Below the pieces are notes generated by a model that was not told where the DNA came from, did no database searches, and worked only from the letters and a program-made list of their open reading frames with translations. This document shows positions 1-10,329 of a stretch of DNA of 64,000 nt, piece after piece (positions within the stretch are counted from its first letter, which is position 1; every line of letters begins with the position of its first letter). Source of the stretch: Alphaproteobacteria bacterium (GTDB taxonomy: Bacteria; Pseudomonadota; Alphaproteobacteria; MPNO01; UBA830). The stretch covers positions 4,864,001 through 4,928,000 of the forward strand of contig OZ251539.1 of NCBI GenBank assembly GCA_965243135.1. The letters run 5' to 3'. The position numbers and the translations under genes are program-made.

Positions 1-176
1 GGGATTTGTAACCCTTGATATGTGCGCGCTTCAACATGTCGCGTCCCCGGTAGCCGCAAGGGTGGACCTCCTGTCGCGGCCTGCATGCCGCGGCCGTCTC
101 GGCAGTCGCAGGCCGCAAGGCGCTCGCTGGCGTCGAAGATACGGCGCCCGGTCTCGGCCGTCGCGACGAAACTTCA

Positions 177-3100
177 TCAATCCGACTCCGCGGACGAAGC
201 GATCTCGGAAGCGGCAATCATTACGCCGCCCTTCGTTTTCGCGAGCAGCTTGCCGAACGGATCGCGGACCTTCAGCAGGCAAGGACGGGGCGACGCGCAG
301 TCGAACGCGACGTACAGCCAGTACCGCTCGCGCAGGTTGCACGCTTTCGCCCATTCGTTCTCGCTGACCTCCACCCATCCTCTGCCCGCGCGGCCCTTCA
401 CTTCGATGGCGCGTTCCTCGTCCGGACCGTCGGCGTTCGCCGGACGCGATGAACGCAGATCGAAACCCGGCCAGTCCCCGAGACCGGCCCGCCGCGACAG
501 TTCCGGGCGCGACACGTCGCAGACCTCGGCTCCTGCCGCTTCTTCGTGCGCGCGGGCAAGCTGCATGGCGACCGCCTCGACCTCGGCATCGTGACGCAAC
601 CGTTCTTCCCGGTCTTCCGTCGGCACGACGAGCGCATGCGCGAGGATCGCGGCCTCTCCGGGGACGATCAGGGACGGTTCCGTCTCGAGGAGCGACAATC
701 GCTCTTCCTTTTCGGCGGCGATATGGCGCTGCTCCTTCCGGACCCGGGCGAGCAGCGCCTCGGCCTCGGGTTCGCCTCTCCCGGCTTTCTCGCTCAGATG
801 ACGTCGCCTCGCCATCAACTCGGCGATCCTGTAATCGTAACCGCGGGCGAGCCAATTGCGACGCTCCGGCAACTCGCTTTCGATGCGGGCGCGGCATTCC
901 TCCGCCATGCGAACCAGCGTCTCTCCCGTCAGCCATTCCTTCGCGCCCTCCAGGAGACTCCGCGCCAAACGCGCCAACGGCACGTTTCCGGGCGCGACGT
1001 CGCCCGCTCCGCGCAGCAACAGCAAGTGCTCCAGCGGGCAAGGCGCGATAGCGCCCTCGGCTTCCTGCCGCAGGCCGATTAGCCGGCTTTCGACCGTTCG
1101 CTCCCGGCCGCCGTCCGGCGCGCCGAAGAAACCGGTCCGCTCCCGGCGCATCACCGACGCTCTCGCGAGATGAAAAAGATAGGGCGTTTCCGCATGAGGA
1201 TCGACGAAGATGGCGCCGCGCAAGGCGTCGTCGCCGCGGCGCTCGATCAGTAGGGCGCGAAGACGATCGAACACCGGCTCGCCGGGGTGCAACCAGATGG
1301 CCGCGGCGCGTTCTTCGGGACGGCGGACCGTCAGGCGGCCTCTCGCCTCCGCCGGATAGGCTTCGGTCGCATCGAGAATGGAATCGTCGGCGAGCGGTCG
1401 TACCGGCGCGAGACCGAATATCCCGTCGGGGTCGCCTTCGATACGGAGGTCGAGCAGGGGAGCCGCAGTCTCGACGAAACGGCGGATATATCCGGGCAGC
1501 AAACGCCGGTATTGCTCCCGTTCCAGCGCTTCGTTGAGGTCGGGCAGGCGCTTGGCGACGTCGCCGCCCCCGAACAGGCTGCGCTCGCGAACGTCGAGCG
1601 CGCGTACCTGATCCTCGGTCAGGCTGCCTTCGATCTCGTCCATGGCTTCGCGGGCGCCGTCCTCCGTCACGGCCTTCTCCAGATAGGCTCTCATGGACAC
1701 GTTCTCGAACAGGCGTCCGATCACGTCGAACACCTTTTCCGACTTGAGCTGCTTGCGGATCAGTTCGAGCTTGTCGAGAAGTGTTTTGAGAACCCTCCCC
1801 TCGCGCGTCTCGCTGGCGATCAGATTGACGATCACTACCGGGTCGCGCTTCTGGCCGTAGCGGTGTATGCGGCCCATCCGCTGCTCGAGGCGCGCGGGAT
1901 TCCAGGGCACGTCGTAATTCACCATCAGCCAGCAAAACTGAAGATTGATGCCTTCGCCGGCCGCATCCGTAGCGATCAGGCAATTGGCTCCGCTTTCCGC
2001 AGCCGGGCGGCGGAACGACTCGACCTGCGCCTCCCGTTCGCGGTAGTCGAAGCCGCCGTGGATCAGGGCGATTTCTCCGGTGAAGCCGAGCCCTTCCAGA
2101 CGCCGCACCAGAAACTCCGCGGTGTCGCGGTGCTCGGTGAATACGATGAATTTCTCGTGGGCGAACGCAGGATCGCGCATGACGTCGCGAAGTTTTTCGA
2201 ACTTCGAATCTTCTCCGGCGTCGGCAAGAACGCGGGCCTGCGCGAGCAGGCTCTCCACTATGCCGCGCTCTTCGCGAAGCTCCGCCAGCGCGCATGCGGC
2301 GAAGCCTCCGAGGGCGGTCGTTTCGAACGTTTCGGACCGCTCCCGGTCGCCGACGTCCCGGCCGTCCTCGTCGGCCGTCCGGGTCTCGAAGAAATCCGGC
2401 GTTTTCCCGATGCGCTGCTGACGCCGCTCCAGCTCGTCGGCGCGGCCCGCGGCGACGAGTTCGATCGCCTCGTCCAGCCGCTCCAGGCGGCGCTCGAAAG
2501 AGCGCGTCAGCGCATAGGTCGAACTGGCGAGCCGGCGCTGGAATACGCTCATGGCGAGGCGGGCCGCGGACCGATTCAGAACGCGCGCCCTGTTGTAGGT
2601 CTCGAAGATGTACTCGGTCGTCGCGTCGTAAAGCTCCCGCTCCTCCGGACTCAGATCGTAGCCGAGCGTGTCGCAGCGCCGCTGCGGATACAGGGGCCGG
2701 CCGTCGAAATGGAGCATTTCCTCCTTGGTTCGACGGATGAAATGACTGCGGCGACGCTTTTCCGGGAAGGCTTCGAACGCGTCGAAGGTGGAAAGCGCAT
2801 CGGGCAAGAGCAGCCGCCAAAGGCAGTAATAGGGAAAATCCTTTCCCATATGCGGCGTCGCGGTCAGAAGCAGGAGGTTCGCCGCGGACCAGCCGAGATC
2901 CCAGCGGGCATCGTCCGCGGGCAGGCCGGCCATCGCTTCGGCGAGACGATACCGGCCGGTCTTGCGAACGTAGAGGTCCTGGTCGCGGTCGGCCGCCAGC
3001 TTGTGGGCTTCGTCGAACACGACGATGTCGTAGGGCCGCGCGGATCCCGAGGCGACGGCTTCGCGCATCCGCGCGAACATCCGCTCGGTGGCGAGCGTGT

Positions 3101-3746
3101 CGATGCTGACGATGAGGCGATCGCTTTCCGGCCCGGCGAACGGGTTTCCGCTGCGGGCGTCGGAGCCGCGCGCGATCCCGAACTGAAGGCGGAACAACGT
3201 GCGCATCTCGCGTTCCCAGTTGCCCACCAGCCCGGCCGGGCATGCCACGAGGATCCGGGCGAGATGACCGCGCGCGATCATTTCCCGGAGATACAGTCCC
3301 GTCATGATCGTTTTTCCGGCGCCGGCGTCGTCCGCCAGCAAGAAGCGTAACGGCGACTGTCTCAGCATGTGCTCGTAGACCGCGATTCGTTGATGCGGAA
3401 GCGGGTCGACCGAGGAAATCTCCGTAGCGAACGCAGGATTGAAAAGATGCCCGCGCGCGAGGCGATGGGCCTCGACCACGGCGGCGACGGCGCCCGGATC
3501 GGCGCCGAAGTCCAGCTTCGGCGGAGCGGCGGCCTGCGCGGCAAGCCGGTCCGGCCCTTCGGCTTCCAGATCGCCGATCCGCCGCCAGGCCAGGCGCGCC
3601 GGCTTCGACTGCCCGTTCTCCCACCGGTTCACGGTAGCGAACGACACGCCGATGCGCTCGGCGAGCTGGGTCTGCGTCAGAGAAAGCCGCAAGCGCAGTT
3701 CCTTGACGCGAACCGGGTAGTCCTCTGGAATCTCGTCGTGTCTCAT
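177..3746 (-). CDS. XRE-HTH + SNF2-family helicase + C-terminal DUF3883-like nuclease domain protein
   Basis: N-terminal HTH (LTQTQLAERIGVSFATVNRWENG); helicase motifs LLADDAGAGKT, DEAH, LTATPH, TDAAGEGINLQ, EQRMGRIHRYGQ; C-terminal GFDLRS...IEVKGR...SENEW. Confidence 0.9.
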   Translation of the reverse strand: MRHDEIPEDYPVRVKELRLRLSLTQTQLAERIGVSFATVNRWENGQSKPARLAWRRIGDLEAEGPDRLAAQAAAPPKLDFGADPGAVAAVVEAHRLARGHLFNPAFATEISSVDPLPHQRIAVYEHMLRQSPLRFLLADDAGAGKTIMTGLYLREMIARGHLARILVACPAGLVGNWEREMRTLFRLQFGIARGSDARSGNPFAGPESDRLIVSIDTLATERMFARMREAVASGSARPYDIVVFDEAHKLAADRDQDLYVRKTGRYRLAEAMAGLPADDARWDLGWSAANLLLLTATPHMGKDFPYYCLWRLLLPDALSTFDAFEAFPEKRRRSHFIRRTKEEMLHFDGRPLYPQRRCDTLGYDLSPEERELYDATTEYIFETYNRARVLNRSAARLAMSVFQRRLASSTYALTRSFERRLERLDEAIELVAAGRADELERRQQRIGKTPDFFETRTADEDGRDVGDRERSETFETTALGGFAACALAELREERGIVESLLAQARVLADAGEDSKFEKLRDVMRDPAFAHEKFIVFTEHRDTAEFLVRRLEGLGFTGEIALIHGGFDYREREAQVESFRRPAAESGANCLIATDAAGEGINLQFCWLMVNYDVPWNPARLEQRMGRIHRYGQKRDPVVIVNLIASETREGRVLKTLLDKLELIRKQLKSEKVFDVIGRLFENVSMRAYLEKAVTEDGAREAMDEIEGSLTEDQVRALDVRERSLFGGGDVAKRLPDLNEALEREQYRRLLPGYIRRFVETAAPLLDLRIEGDPDGIFGLAPVRPLADDSILDATEAYPAEARGRLTVRRPEERAAAIWLHPGEPVFDRLRALLIERRGDDALRGAIFVDPHAETPYLFHLARASVMRRERTGFFGAPDGGRERTVESRLIGLRQEAEGAIAPCPLEHLLLLRGAGDVAPGNVPLARLARSLLEGAKEWLTGETLVRMAEECRARIESELPERRNWLARGYDYRIAELMARRRHLSEKAGRGEPEAEALLARVRKEQRHIAAEKEERLSLLETEPSLIVPGEAAILAHALVVPTEDREERLRHDAEVEAVAMQLARAHEEAAGAEVCDVSRPELSRRAGLGDWPGFDLRSSRPANADGPDEERAIEVKGRAGRGWVEVSENEWAKACNLRERYWLYVAFDCASPRPCLLKVRDPFGKLLAKTKGGVMIAASEIASSAESD

Positions 3747-3775
3747 CGCGACCGCCGGTTGCCGCCGAACGCTCG

Positions 3776-3807
3776 AATATATAACAGATGTTATATCGGC
3801 CTGTCAA
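3776..3807 (-). promoter_or_regulatory. sigma70-like promoter with overlapping palindromic operator for the helicase gene
   Basis: TTGACA at 3807-3802 on minus, AT-rich -10 region near 3783-3776, perfect inverted repeat ATATAACA-GA-TGTTATAT at 3779-3796. Confidence 0.65.
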
Positions 3808-3989
3808 GCCGCTTTTCTTCGTCCGCATGTCTCGCCCCGGCCCGCGAACGGAGGCGGAGGATTCCTTCGCGGGATCCAACCCGACCCGCTTCCGGCCGAC
3901 GGTCTCTCCCGAAGGATGCGCGGCAAGCGAACGGCGGGACGGAGCTGCGCGGACCGACTGTTGAGCCTTGCGCAAAACGAGCTGATGCG

Positions 3990-4455
3990 AGCGGAAGTGA
4001 GCTCCACGTTCAGGAGATCCGGTTCGCCAAGTCCCTGCGGCCCGGCCGGTCACCCGACCGCTCGCCGAGGCGTTGGCGGCGGCGGTGCCGGACGACGCGG
4101 ACGATGGGATGCCGTCCGCCGCCGCGACCGAGGTGGCGATGGGCGAGCATTCCGAAGCTTGGCTCAAGCTGCTCGGACGCGCCTGCGGCCGGGATCTGGA
4201 ATAGCTGGGGCGCCTGTCTGACGCCGATGGCGCCGCGCTCTCCATGGCGACGTGGGAGGCGAACGGCCCTTTTTTCGTCCGTCTCGCGACGGAGGCGCTC
4301 CAAGGCCGGGCGGCGGCAGAAAGGCTGTTCCGCTCGCTCGCGTCCTCGACGAGCTCGTCCGCGCTGGACACGGAACCGGACACGCCGACCCCGCCAGCCG
4401 CCTGATCTGGCGTCAGATCGAGCTGTTCCGGAAGGTCAGGAGAGCAGAAGGATGA
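3990..4455 (+). pseudogene. decayed Mu-like phage tail assembly chaperone and its frameshift extension
   Basis: Fragments LHVQEIRFAKSL, WLKLLGRACGRDLE*LGRLSDADGAAL...WEANGPFFVRL, and VLDELVRAGHG...RLIWRQIELF in a shifted frame; internal stop. Confidence 0.5.
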
Positions 4456-4572
4456 TGCCGACCAAGACGCCGCCCGCCGCGACGCCCCAGAGCGCCGCGC
4501 CGAACGCGAGCCCCGCGAAGACGCCTTGGAAAAGACCGGTCATGACTTCCCTGAACATGGGCGCATTCTAGC

Positions 4573-4690
4573 ATGGCCGGAGAGGACATCATCCTCGTCC
4601 TGCGCGTCCGGGCCCAGTTCGACGACGCCATCCGCCAGCTCGACCGGCTAGAGAAGGAGACGTGGGACGCCGGCGGTGCCGCCTCCGGTC
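4573..4690 (+). pseudogene. N-terminal fragment of a phage tape measure protein
   Basis: MAGEDIILVLRVRAQFDDAIRQLDRLEKE directly after the chaperone remnant; truncated. Confidence 0.45.
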
Positions 4691-4897
4691 CGGACGCTTG
4701 CCTTCCCGCCGTCTCTGCGTGACCTCCGACAACGGCGCCCACGGCGCGCCGTCCGGCGATGTCTGCCGCTCGAAGGACTCGGCGACGCTATCGGCGAGGT
4801 GGCTGGCGGCATGGCGGGTTCGAGGTCGCGTCCGGAGCGGAGCAGCCGGTCGAGTTCCTTCCGCAGGGCGCTGTCGTCGCACTTGACTTCGGGTCAT
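4690..4897 (-). pseudogene. phage virion morphogenesis protein (Mu gpG-like) fragment
   Basis: Frameshifted EVKCDDSALRKELDRLLRSGRDLEPAM / HLADSVAESFERQTSPDGAPWAPLSEVTQRRR. Confidence 0.65.
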
Positions 4898-5032
4898 GCT
4901 ACCTTCCCCTTGAAGCGCCGCCGGGGGCGCGGAAAGCGCGGCTTCGACCGCGCCGGTGGGCAAGCGCACACGGCCCGTTCCGTGAGTCCGCGCACCCGGA
5001 TCGATGCAGGCTCTGGTCCTGTGCTGGCGGCG

Positions 5033-5400
5033 CTATCGCCCCCCTTCTCCGCGTTGATAGAGCAGGTGGCCTTCCCGAAGCCGGCTCGGGTCGTCCCTCG
5101 GAAGCATCGTCCAGGACAGCTGGCCGTACAGGTCCTCCTGGACGATGACGGCCGTGGTCATCTCTGGCCGGCGATGCGACGAAGCGCCGCCGGTAGAAGG
5201 CGTCGCCGGTGCGCCTGTCCGTCCTCGCCTGCAGCCAGACCTCGCCGGGAGCGTCGGGAGGACGAATTCCGCGAACCGTTCCCGCCGGTCCGCGTCGACG
5301 ACCGACGTAACCTGACGGTCAGCATGTCGTCCACGGGCGTCCGGACCCGGGCAACGTCCCCGGCGACCCCGCGCCGCCAAAGTCTCGTGGCGGCCGGAAT
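5033..5400 (-). pseudogene. probable C-terminal PBECR-type domain of a Mu gpF-like head morphogenesis protein
   Basis: Fragments VRTPVDD, DRRERFAEFVLPTL, FEVWLQAR...FYRRRFIA, RLREGHLLYQRG across frames, directly upstream of the gpG-like fragment. Confidence 0.45.
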
Positions 5401-5412
5401 CTCTCGCAAGCT

Positions 5413-6085
5413 CTATCGGACCGTCCTCTCGAGCTGCCGCGCCCGGTTCCGAACGCGCTCCGCGAAACCGGCGAGCGCATCCATCCCCGGAACGGCCAAT
5501 TCTTCCGCGGCGTCTCCGGCCCGTTCGATCGCGAGGCCGGCGAGTTCCCTGACGCGCCGCTTCGCGAAGGGCGCGCTGACCCCGGCGCTGTTCGCGAAAC
5601 GACTCCAGTCGTCCGTCCGGATCTCCGGCAGAGTGCCGCGCCCCGCGATTTTCATGGCGAACCCGGAAGACAGTTCGGGATAAGCGACGGTCGAGAGAAG
5701 ATCGTAAAGGGGGGCGAGCTCGATCGCCTCTTCGTTATGCAGAAGGCTGTAGTTCTGGGCGTCTGCGTTCCCGATCAATGCCTGAAAGATGGCCGCGTCG
5801 AGCAGCTTGAGCACCCCGACGGCGGGTCTGGAGCAAACGCGCCGGACGAGTTCGAAGCATTGCGGGAAGCCCGGTCCTCCGTCGGACGCGTATTTGCGTT
5901 CGGAGGAAATTCCGAGCGCCTGACAGAAGTCTTCCTGATGAAGCCGGCGCGCGATGCCGTCCGCTCGGCGGTCGTACCTTTCGACCAGCAAGCAGGCCTG
6001 CTCTGGGGCGACGGCAAGGATTTCGACGCGCGCCGCCGCAAGGCCGATGCGGGCGGCAAGGACCTTGGCGGCGCGGACTCCGGAG
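5413..6085 (-). pseudogene. hipA: HipA-family kinase toxin, C-terminal remnant
   Basis: LLVERYDR...RLHQEDFCQALG...KY...LAPLYDLLST; catalytic-loop GNxDxHxKN reduced to GNADAQNYS; N-terminus missing. Confidence 0.8.
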
Positions 6086-6379
6086 AGCCGTAAGGCTCGC
6101 GTCTCGCCCAGCTCCGCATTTCGGCAGAATAGCGCTTTTTCGCGAGCGCAAATCCGGCGAAGGAATATTATCCGTCGGCGCAGGTGGAACGGAGAGGCGG
6201 GGAACTTTCGTCGAAAGGCGAAGCTCCTGACGGGCGGTTCCTGCCAACCCCGGCGCGACCGCTCGGCAGCGTTCTGCAGACATTCCCAAACTCCATAAAA
6301 TTCCCCGAATCGATTTCTTAAACCGCCTTTTTTCCCTATTCTGGCGCACGAGAAGCCGTTAACGCCGGAAACTTCCACG

Positions 6380-7843
6380 ATGTTGATCGACGATATGCCC
6401 GAAGCGTTCGTGTCCGACGCGACGACGAGCCGCGCGGTTTCGCGGGCCCTGAAGGCCGGCAAGATTCGCAAGCTCGCCTCCCGGCTCTATACCGGCAACC
6501 TCGCCGACCCTCCCGAGGAGGTGGTGAAACGCAACCTCTGGAACATTGTCGCCGGCTATTTCCCGGGAGCGCTCGTCGCCGACCGAACGGGATTGGAGGG
6601 CGTTCCCGCTGGCGACGGATCGGTCTGCTTGGTGTCCGGGACGGGTCGCGACGTCGAACTGCCTGGACACGTTCTGCGGCCGCGGCGCGGCGTCGCGCCC
6701 TTGCCGTCGGACAGGCCCTTCGTCTCCGGGCTGTTCCTGAGTTCGCCGGCGCGCGCCTATCTGGAAAACATGCGCCCGTCGCGCGCCCGGGGAGGGCGGG
6801 TCGCGCGCGCGCTTTCCCGAAGCGAGATCGAGGAACGACTCGACACGCTGATCCGCCGTTCCGGGGAGGAAGCGGCGACGCGTCTGCGCGACGAAATCCG
6901 CGCTGTCGCGGCCGCTCTCGACATGAAAGGAGAAGCGGCGGAACTCGACGCCCTGATCGGCGCATTGCTCGGCACGAAAAAAGCGGATCCGAGCGCGGCG
7001 CCTGCCGTCGCGCGAAGTCTCGGGCGACCTTACGACCCGGAGAGGCTCACGCTGTTCCAGACGCTGCACAAGGCGCTGCGGGACCACCCGCCGTTCCCGC
7101 GACCCGCGCCCGCAGCAAGCCCTACGCTCGCCTTCTACGAAGCCTATTTCTCCAACTTCGTCGAAGGCACCGAGTTCGCCGTGGAGGAAGCCGTCGATAT
7201 CGTGTTTCGAGGCGTCATTCCCGAAGAGCGTCCGCAGGACTCCCAAGACGTGCTCGGCACTTGGCGCCTCGTTTCCGACGACCGCGAAATGAGCCGAATC
7301 CCGGGGGACTTCTCCGCGTTCGAGGATCGTCTCAGGTCGCGGCACGCGGCGATCATGGCAGGGCGTCCGGACATGCGGCCCGGCGCGTTCAAACGCTCCG
7401 CCAACCGGGCGGGATCGACCGTTTTCGTCGCCCCCGATCTCGTGGAAGGCACGCTCGAGCAAGGCTTCGCCTTGCGGCAAAGCCTGGACGCGCCTTTCCA
7501 GCGCGCCGCGTTCGTCATGTTTCTGGTCGCCGAAGTCCACCCCTTCGTCGATGGCAACGGACGCACGGCGCGAGTGACGATGAACGCCGAACTCGTCGCC
7601 GCCGGCGAGCAACGCATCGTCATTCCGACGATATTCCACGTCAATTACGTCGCTGCACTGAAGGCCCTTTCGCAAGGCGGACATCCCACGCCGCTGATCG
7701 ACGTGCTCGATTACGCCCAGCGCTGGACCGCAGCCGTCTCTTGGCGTTCGATCGAAGCGACGAGACGCGAACTCGACGCCTGCAACGCTTTTCTCGACTC
7801 CTTGGCCGCCGAACAGGCGGGCCGAAGGCTCAGGATGCCGTGA
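6380..7843 (+). CDS. Fic family protein with N-terminal wHTH-like region
   Basis: HPFVDGNGRTAR motif; AYFSNFVEGTEF. Confidence 0.9.
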   Translation: MLIDDMPEAFVSDATTSRAVSRALKAGKIRKLASRLYTGNLADPPEEVVKRNLWNIVAGYFPGALVADRTGLEGVPAGDGSVCLVSGTGRDVELPGHVLRPRRGVAPLPSDRPFVSGLFLSSPARAYLENMRPSRARGGRVARALSRSEIEERLDTLIRRSGEEAATRLRDEIRAVAAALDMKGEAAELDALIGALLGTKKADPSAAPAVARSLGRPYDPERLTLFQTLHKALRDHPPFPRPAPAASPTLAFYEAYFSNFVEGTEFAVEEAVDIVFRGVIPEERPQDSQDVLGTWRLVSDDREMSRIPGDFSAFEDRLRSRHAAIMAGRPDMRPGAFKRSANRAGSTVFVAPDLVEGTLEQGFALRQSLDAPFQRAAFVMFLVAEVHPFVDGNGRTARVTMNAELVAAGEQRIVIPTIFHVNYVAALKALSQGGHPTPLIDVLDYAQRWTAAVSWRSIEATRRELDACNAFLDSLAAEQAGRRLRMP

Positions 7844-7918
7844 GCCGCGGTCGATTGCGGCGCGGCGGCCGCGAAGGGGGCGGCGCGAACGCCGCCGACC
7901 GGTTTCTCCGGCAGGCGT

Positions 7919-8518
7919 TCAGTCGCCGAGAAACCTCGCGCGGCCCTGCAACTCCGTTTCGATCGGAATGTCCAGGGCCTCGTGTATGGAGTTGTACATC
8001 TTCCAGAACCCGACGACGCAGGCGAGCTCCACGACTTGGGGAGGCGTCATGCATTCCGCGAGTTCGCCGAGCAATTCCTGCGGCACGTCCGTGGGATCCT
8101 CCGTCGCCGCCCGAGCGTACCGGATCGCCACCTTCTCGGCGGGATCGTCGGGCGCGTAAGAAGGATCGAGAAGCTTCATCACGTCGTCGTCGGAAAAATC
8201 CCATCCTTCGCTGTCGCCGTCCGCGCCCGTCATCAGCGTGTTCGTATTGTGCGCGACGCAATAGGCGCTCTTGTTGAGAAACGAGCAGATGGCGGAGAGT
8301 CGGCGCTTGAGTCCCGAGTCGAGGCTGCTCGAGGGATCGCGCATCACCGCGTTGTTGAGCTGAATCAGGAGCGTAAGAATCTCCGGGCGATGCATGTAGA
8401 GCTTGAGCGCGTTGGGCATGAAGCCCATGCGCCGTTCGTAGTCCGCAAGCGGCGCCTTGAGGGCTTCCGGCAGCGCGTCTCGGTTCGCGTAGGGAATGAA
8501 GGGGGATTTCTCGCTCAT
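7919..8518 (-). CDS. carboxymuconolactone decarboxylase/AhpD-like protein
   Basis: GFMPNALKLYMHRPE, CSFLNKSAYCVAH, QVVELACVVGFWKMYN. Confidence 0.75.
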   Translation of the reverse strand: MSEKSPFIPYANRDALPEALKAPLADYERRMGFMPNALKLYMHRPEILTLLIQLNNAVMRDPSSSLDSGLKRRLSAICSFLNKSAYCVAHNTNTLMTGADGDSEGWDFSDDDVMKLLDPSYAPDDPAEKVAIRYARAATEDPTDVPQELLGELAECMTPPQVVELACVVGFWKMYNSIHEALDIPIETELQGRARFLGD

Positions 8519-8591
8519 CGCTCGTCTCCTGCTCTGTTTCCTGCGGAAGAACGGAGCCGGCTCCGCGTCTTCCTCCGGTCAGCCGCAACGC

Positions 8592-10007
8592 TCACAGATA
8601 GTCTTCCAGCTTTACCTTGCCCCAGTTCAACGGGAAAGCCTCCTGAAAGTCGGTCTCGCCGCGATGCGGCTTCGCGGTGGCGTCGATCCCGATCTTGCCG
8701 ACGAGTCGGAAGGGTTCGTGACCGGGAATGATCGCTCCTGAAGGTTCGTACAGCGATCCCCGCGTCGCGGGGACGACGAAGATGTCGCGGGCCGGATCCA
8801 CCCGCGTCGCCATCGCGCGGTAAACCGCTCCAGGATCGTCGATGTCGGTGTCGGGGCTGACGGCGACGACCATCTTGGTGTTCAGCCAAGGCGCTCCCAT
8901 GGCCTGCATCAGCGCGTCGTTGACGAACCCCGGCCGGGGATATTCGACCTGGATTACGCAGCTGACCGCCGCGCCCCACGGCGGAAATCGCACGTCGTGG
9001 ACGGTCAGTCCGATCTCGCTGATCCGGTTGTAGAGCACCGCCTCGTGACAAAGGCGCGGCAACGGCTGGTGATCGGTGTCCGGCACCGTCTGGTGATTGC
9101 GGTAGATCGGCCGGTCCGAACGCTTCGTTATCGCCGTTACGTTGAGGCGGGGAATCTTCTGCTTCTTGGGAAGGAAATAGCCGGTCGGCGCGTTGACGCC
9201 GCCCGCATCGTGCGTTTCCGAGAGATCGACCAAGGCCTCGACCACGATTTCCGCATGGGCCGGCACCCGGAGATCGATCGTCTCGCAGGGAACCATTTCG
9301 ACGTCCCGGTCCATGACGGTGCCGACCATCTCCATCTCGCCCCAGAGATCCATGTGCAGGCCCGAGAAGTTCGCCGTGATCTCGTAGGCCGGGTGGACGC
9401 CGAAAACGAGGGCGATCGGCATCTCGTTCAAGCCCATGTCGCGGTATTTCCGCATGATGAGGTGGGTATGCGGCGTGGCGAAGCTTATGAAGCCGTGGCG
9501 GGGTCCGACCGGCGTGGTTCCGGCATGCGACGAATTGTAGAAACCCGTTTCAGGATCCTTCACGATATTCATCGCCGAGATGTAGCGCTCTCCTTCCTCG
9601 GCGGAATGAACGGGAACCGGCAGCTTGAGCCAGTCGACGTCCTTGCCGGTGAGGATCACCTCCTTGACCGGTCCCGTCGCGACGTCGACGAGACCGCGCG
9701 GCGGCTTGCGCAATCGCTGCGCGAGGGTCGGCAGGTAATCCTCCCGTGCCACGCCGAGAGCGCGGCATTGGGACCACCGATGCTTGACGAGGATGTCGCA
9801 CAGCCGGAAATCCGGGTATTCGACGATGTTCTCGAACAGGATCGGTCCTTCCGACTGGGCCGACAACGCCCCGATGTCGTCGATCGAAACCGGTTTTTCG
9901 ACCACTGTCAGGATATCCGAGTTCGTGTCGAGATATCCTCTCAGGTCCGCGTCGATAGGACGATTGCGCCCTGCCGCGGCCTCGCGGGCGGATCCGTCGG
10001 CGGCCAT
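8592..10007 (-). CDS. UbiD-family (prFMN-type) decarboxylase-like protein with atypical active site
   Basis: ILFENI, VATGPVKE, LPVPVH, VPAHAEIVVEA, KMVVAVSPDTDI, KIGIDAT. Confidence 0.88.
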   Translation of the reverse strand: MAADGSAREAAAGRNRPIDADLRGYLDTNSDILTVVEKPVSIDDIGALSAQSEGPILFENIVEYPDFRLCDILVKHRWSQCRALGVAREDYLPTLAQRLRKPPRGLVDVATGPVKEVILTGKDVDWLKLPVPVHSAEEGERYISAMNIVKDPETGFYNSSHAGTTPVGPRHGFISFATPHTHLIMRKYRDMGLNEMPIALVFGVHPAYEITANFSGLHMDLWGEMEMVGTVMDRDVEMVPCETIDLRVPAHAEIVVEALVDLSETHDAGGVNAPTGYFLPKKQKIPRLNVTAITKRSDRPIYRNHQTVPDTDHQPLPRLCHEAVLYNRISEIGLTVHDVRFPPWGAAVSCVIQVEYPRPGFVNDALMQAMGAPWLNTKMVVAVSPDTDIDDPGAVYRAMATRVDPARDIFVVPATRGSLYEPSGAIIPGHEPFRLVGKIGIDATAKPHRGETDFQEAFPLNWGKVKLEDYL

Positions 10008-10329
10008 TGACGCTCTCCTCTCCGAATTCGGCGAGCGCAGAGGCTACCATACCGCGCCGGGGAATGCGCTAAGCGTTTTCGGTGCGCCATTTTTTGCCAG
10101 CTGCCCGTCCGTTCGGCGCCGTGCGGTTCGCTCCGGCCGTTCGATGACGGATCTGCGTGCGTCACGCGGATGCTCGACTTTCAGAACAAACGCGGAAATT
10201 GCTGCGACGCCGCACGGCGAATCCAGGTCAGCCGGACCGTGGCCTGAGCGAGCGCGACGGTTCGCCCCTCATGCCTGGATCAACCATGGCGTCGTCTCCA
10301 GCGACGGGTGCAGCTCGAACGGCTGGCGC

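Noticed and set aside
31-4383. 1450-aa ORF and other long Arg/Ala/Pro-rich ORFs (e.g. 11214-13859, 39612-41807, 51992-54259)
   Set aside because: Shadow frames of real genes in high-GC DNA with no recognisable motifs
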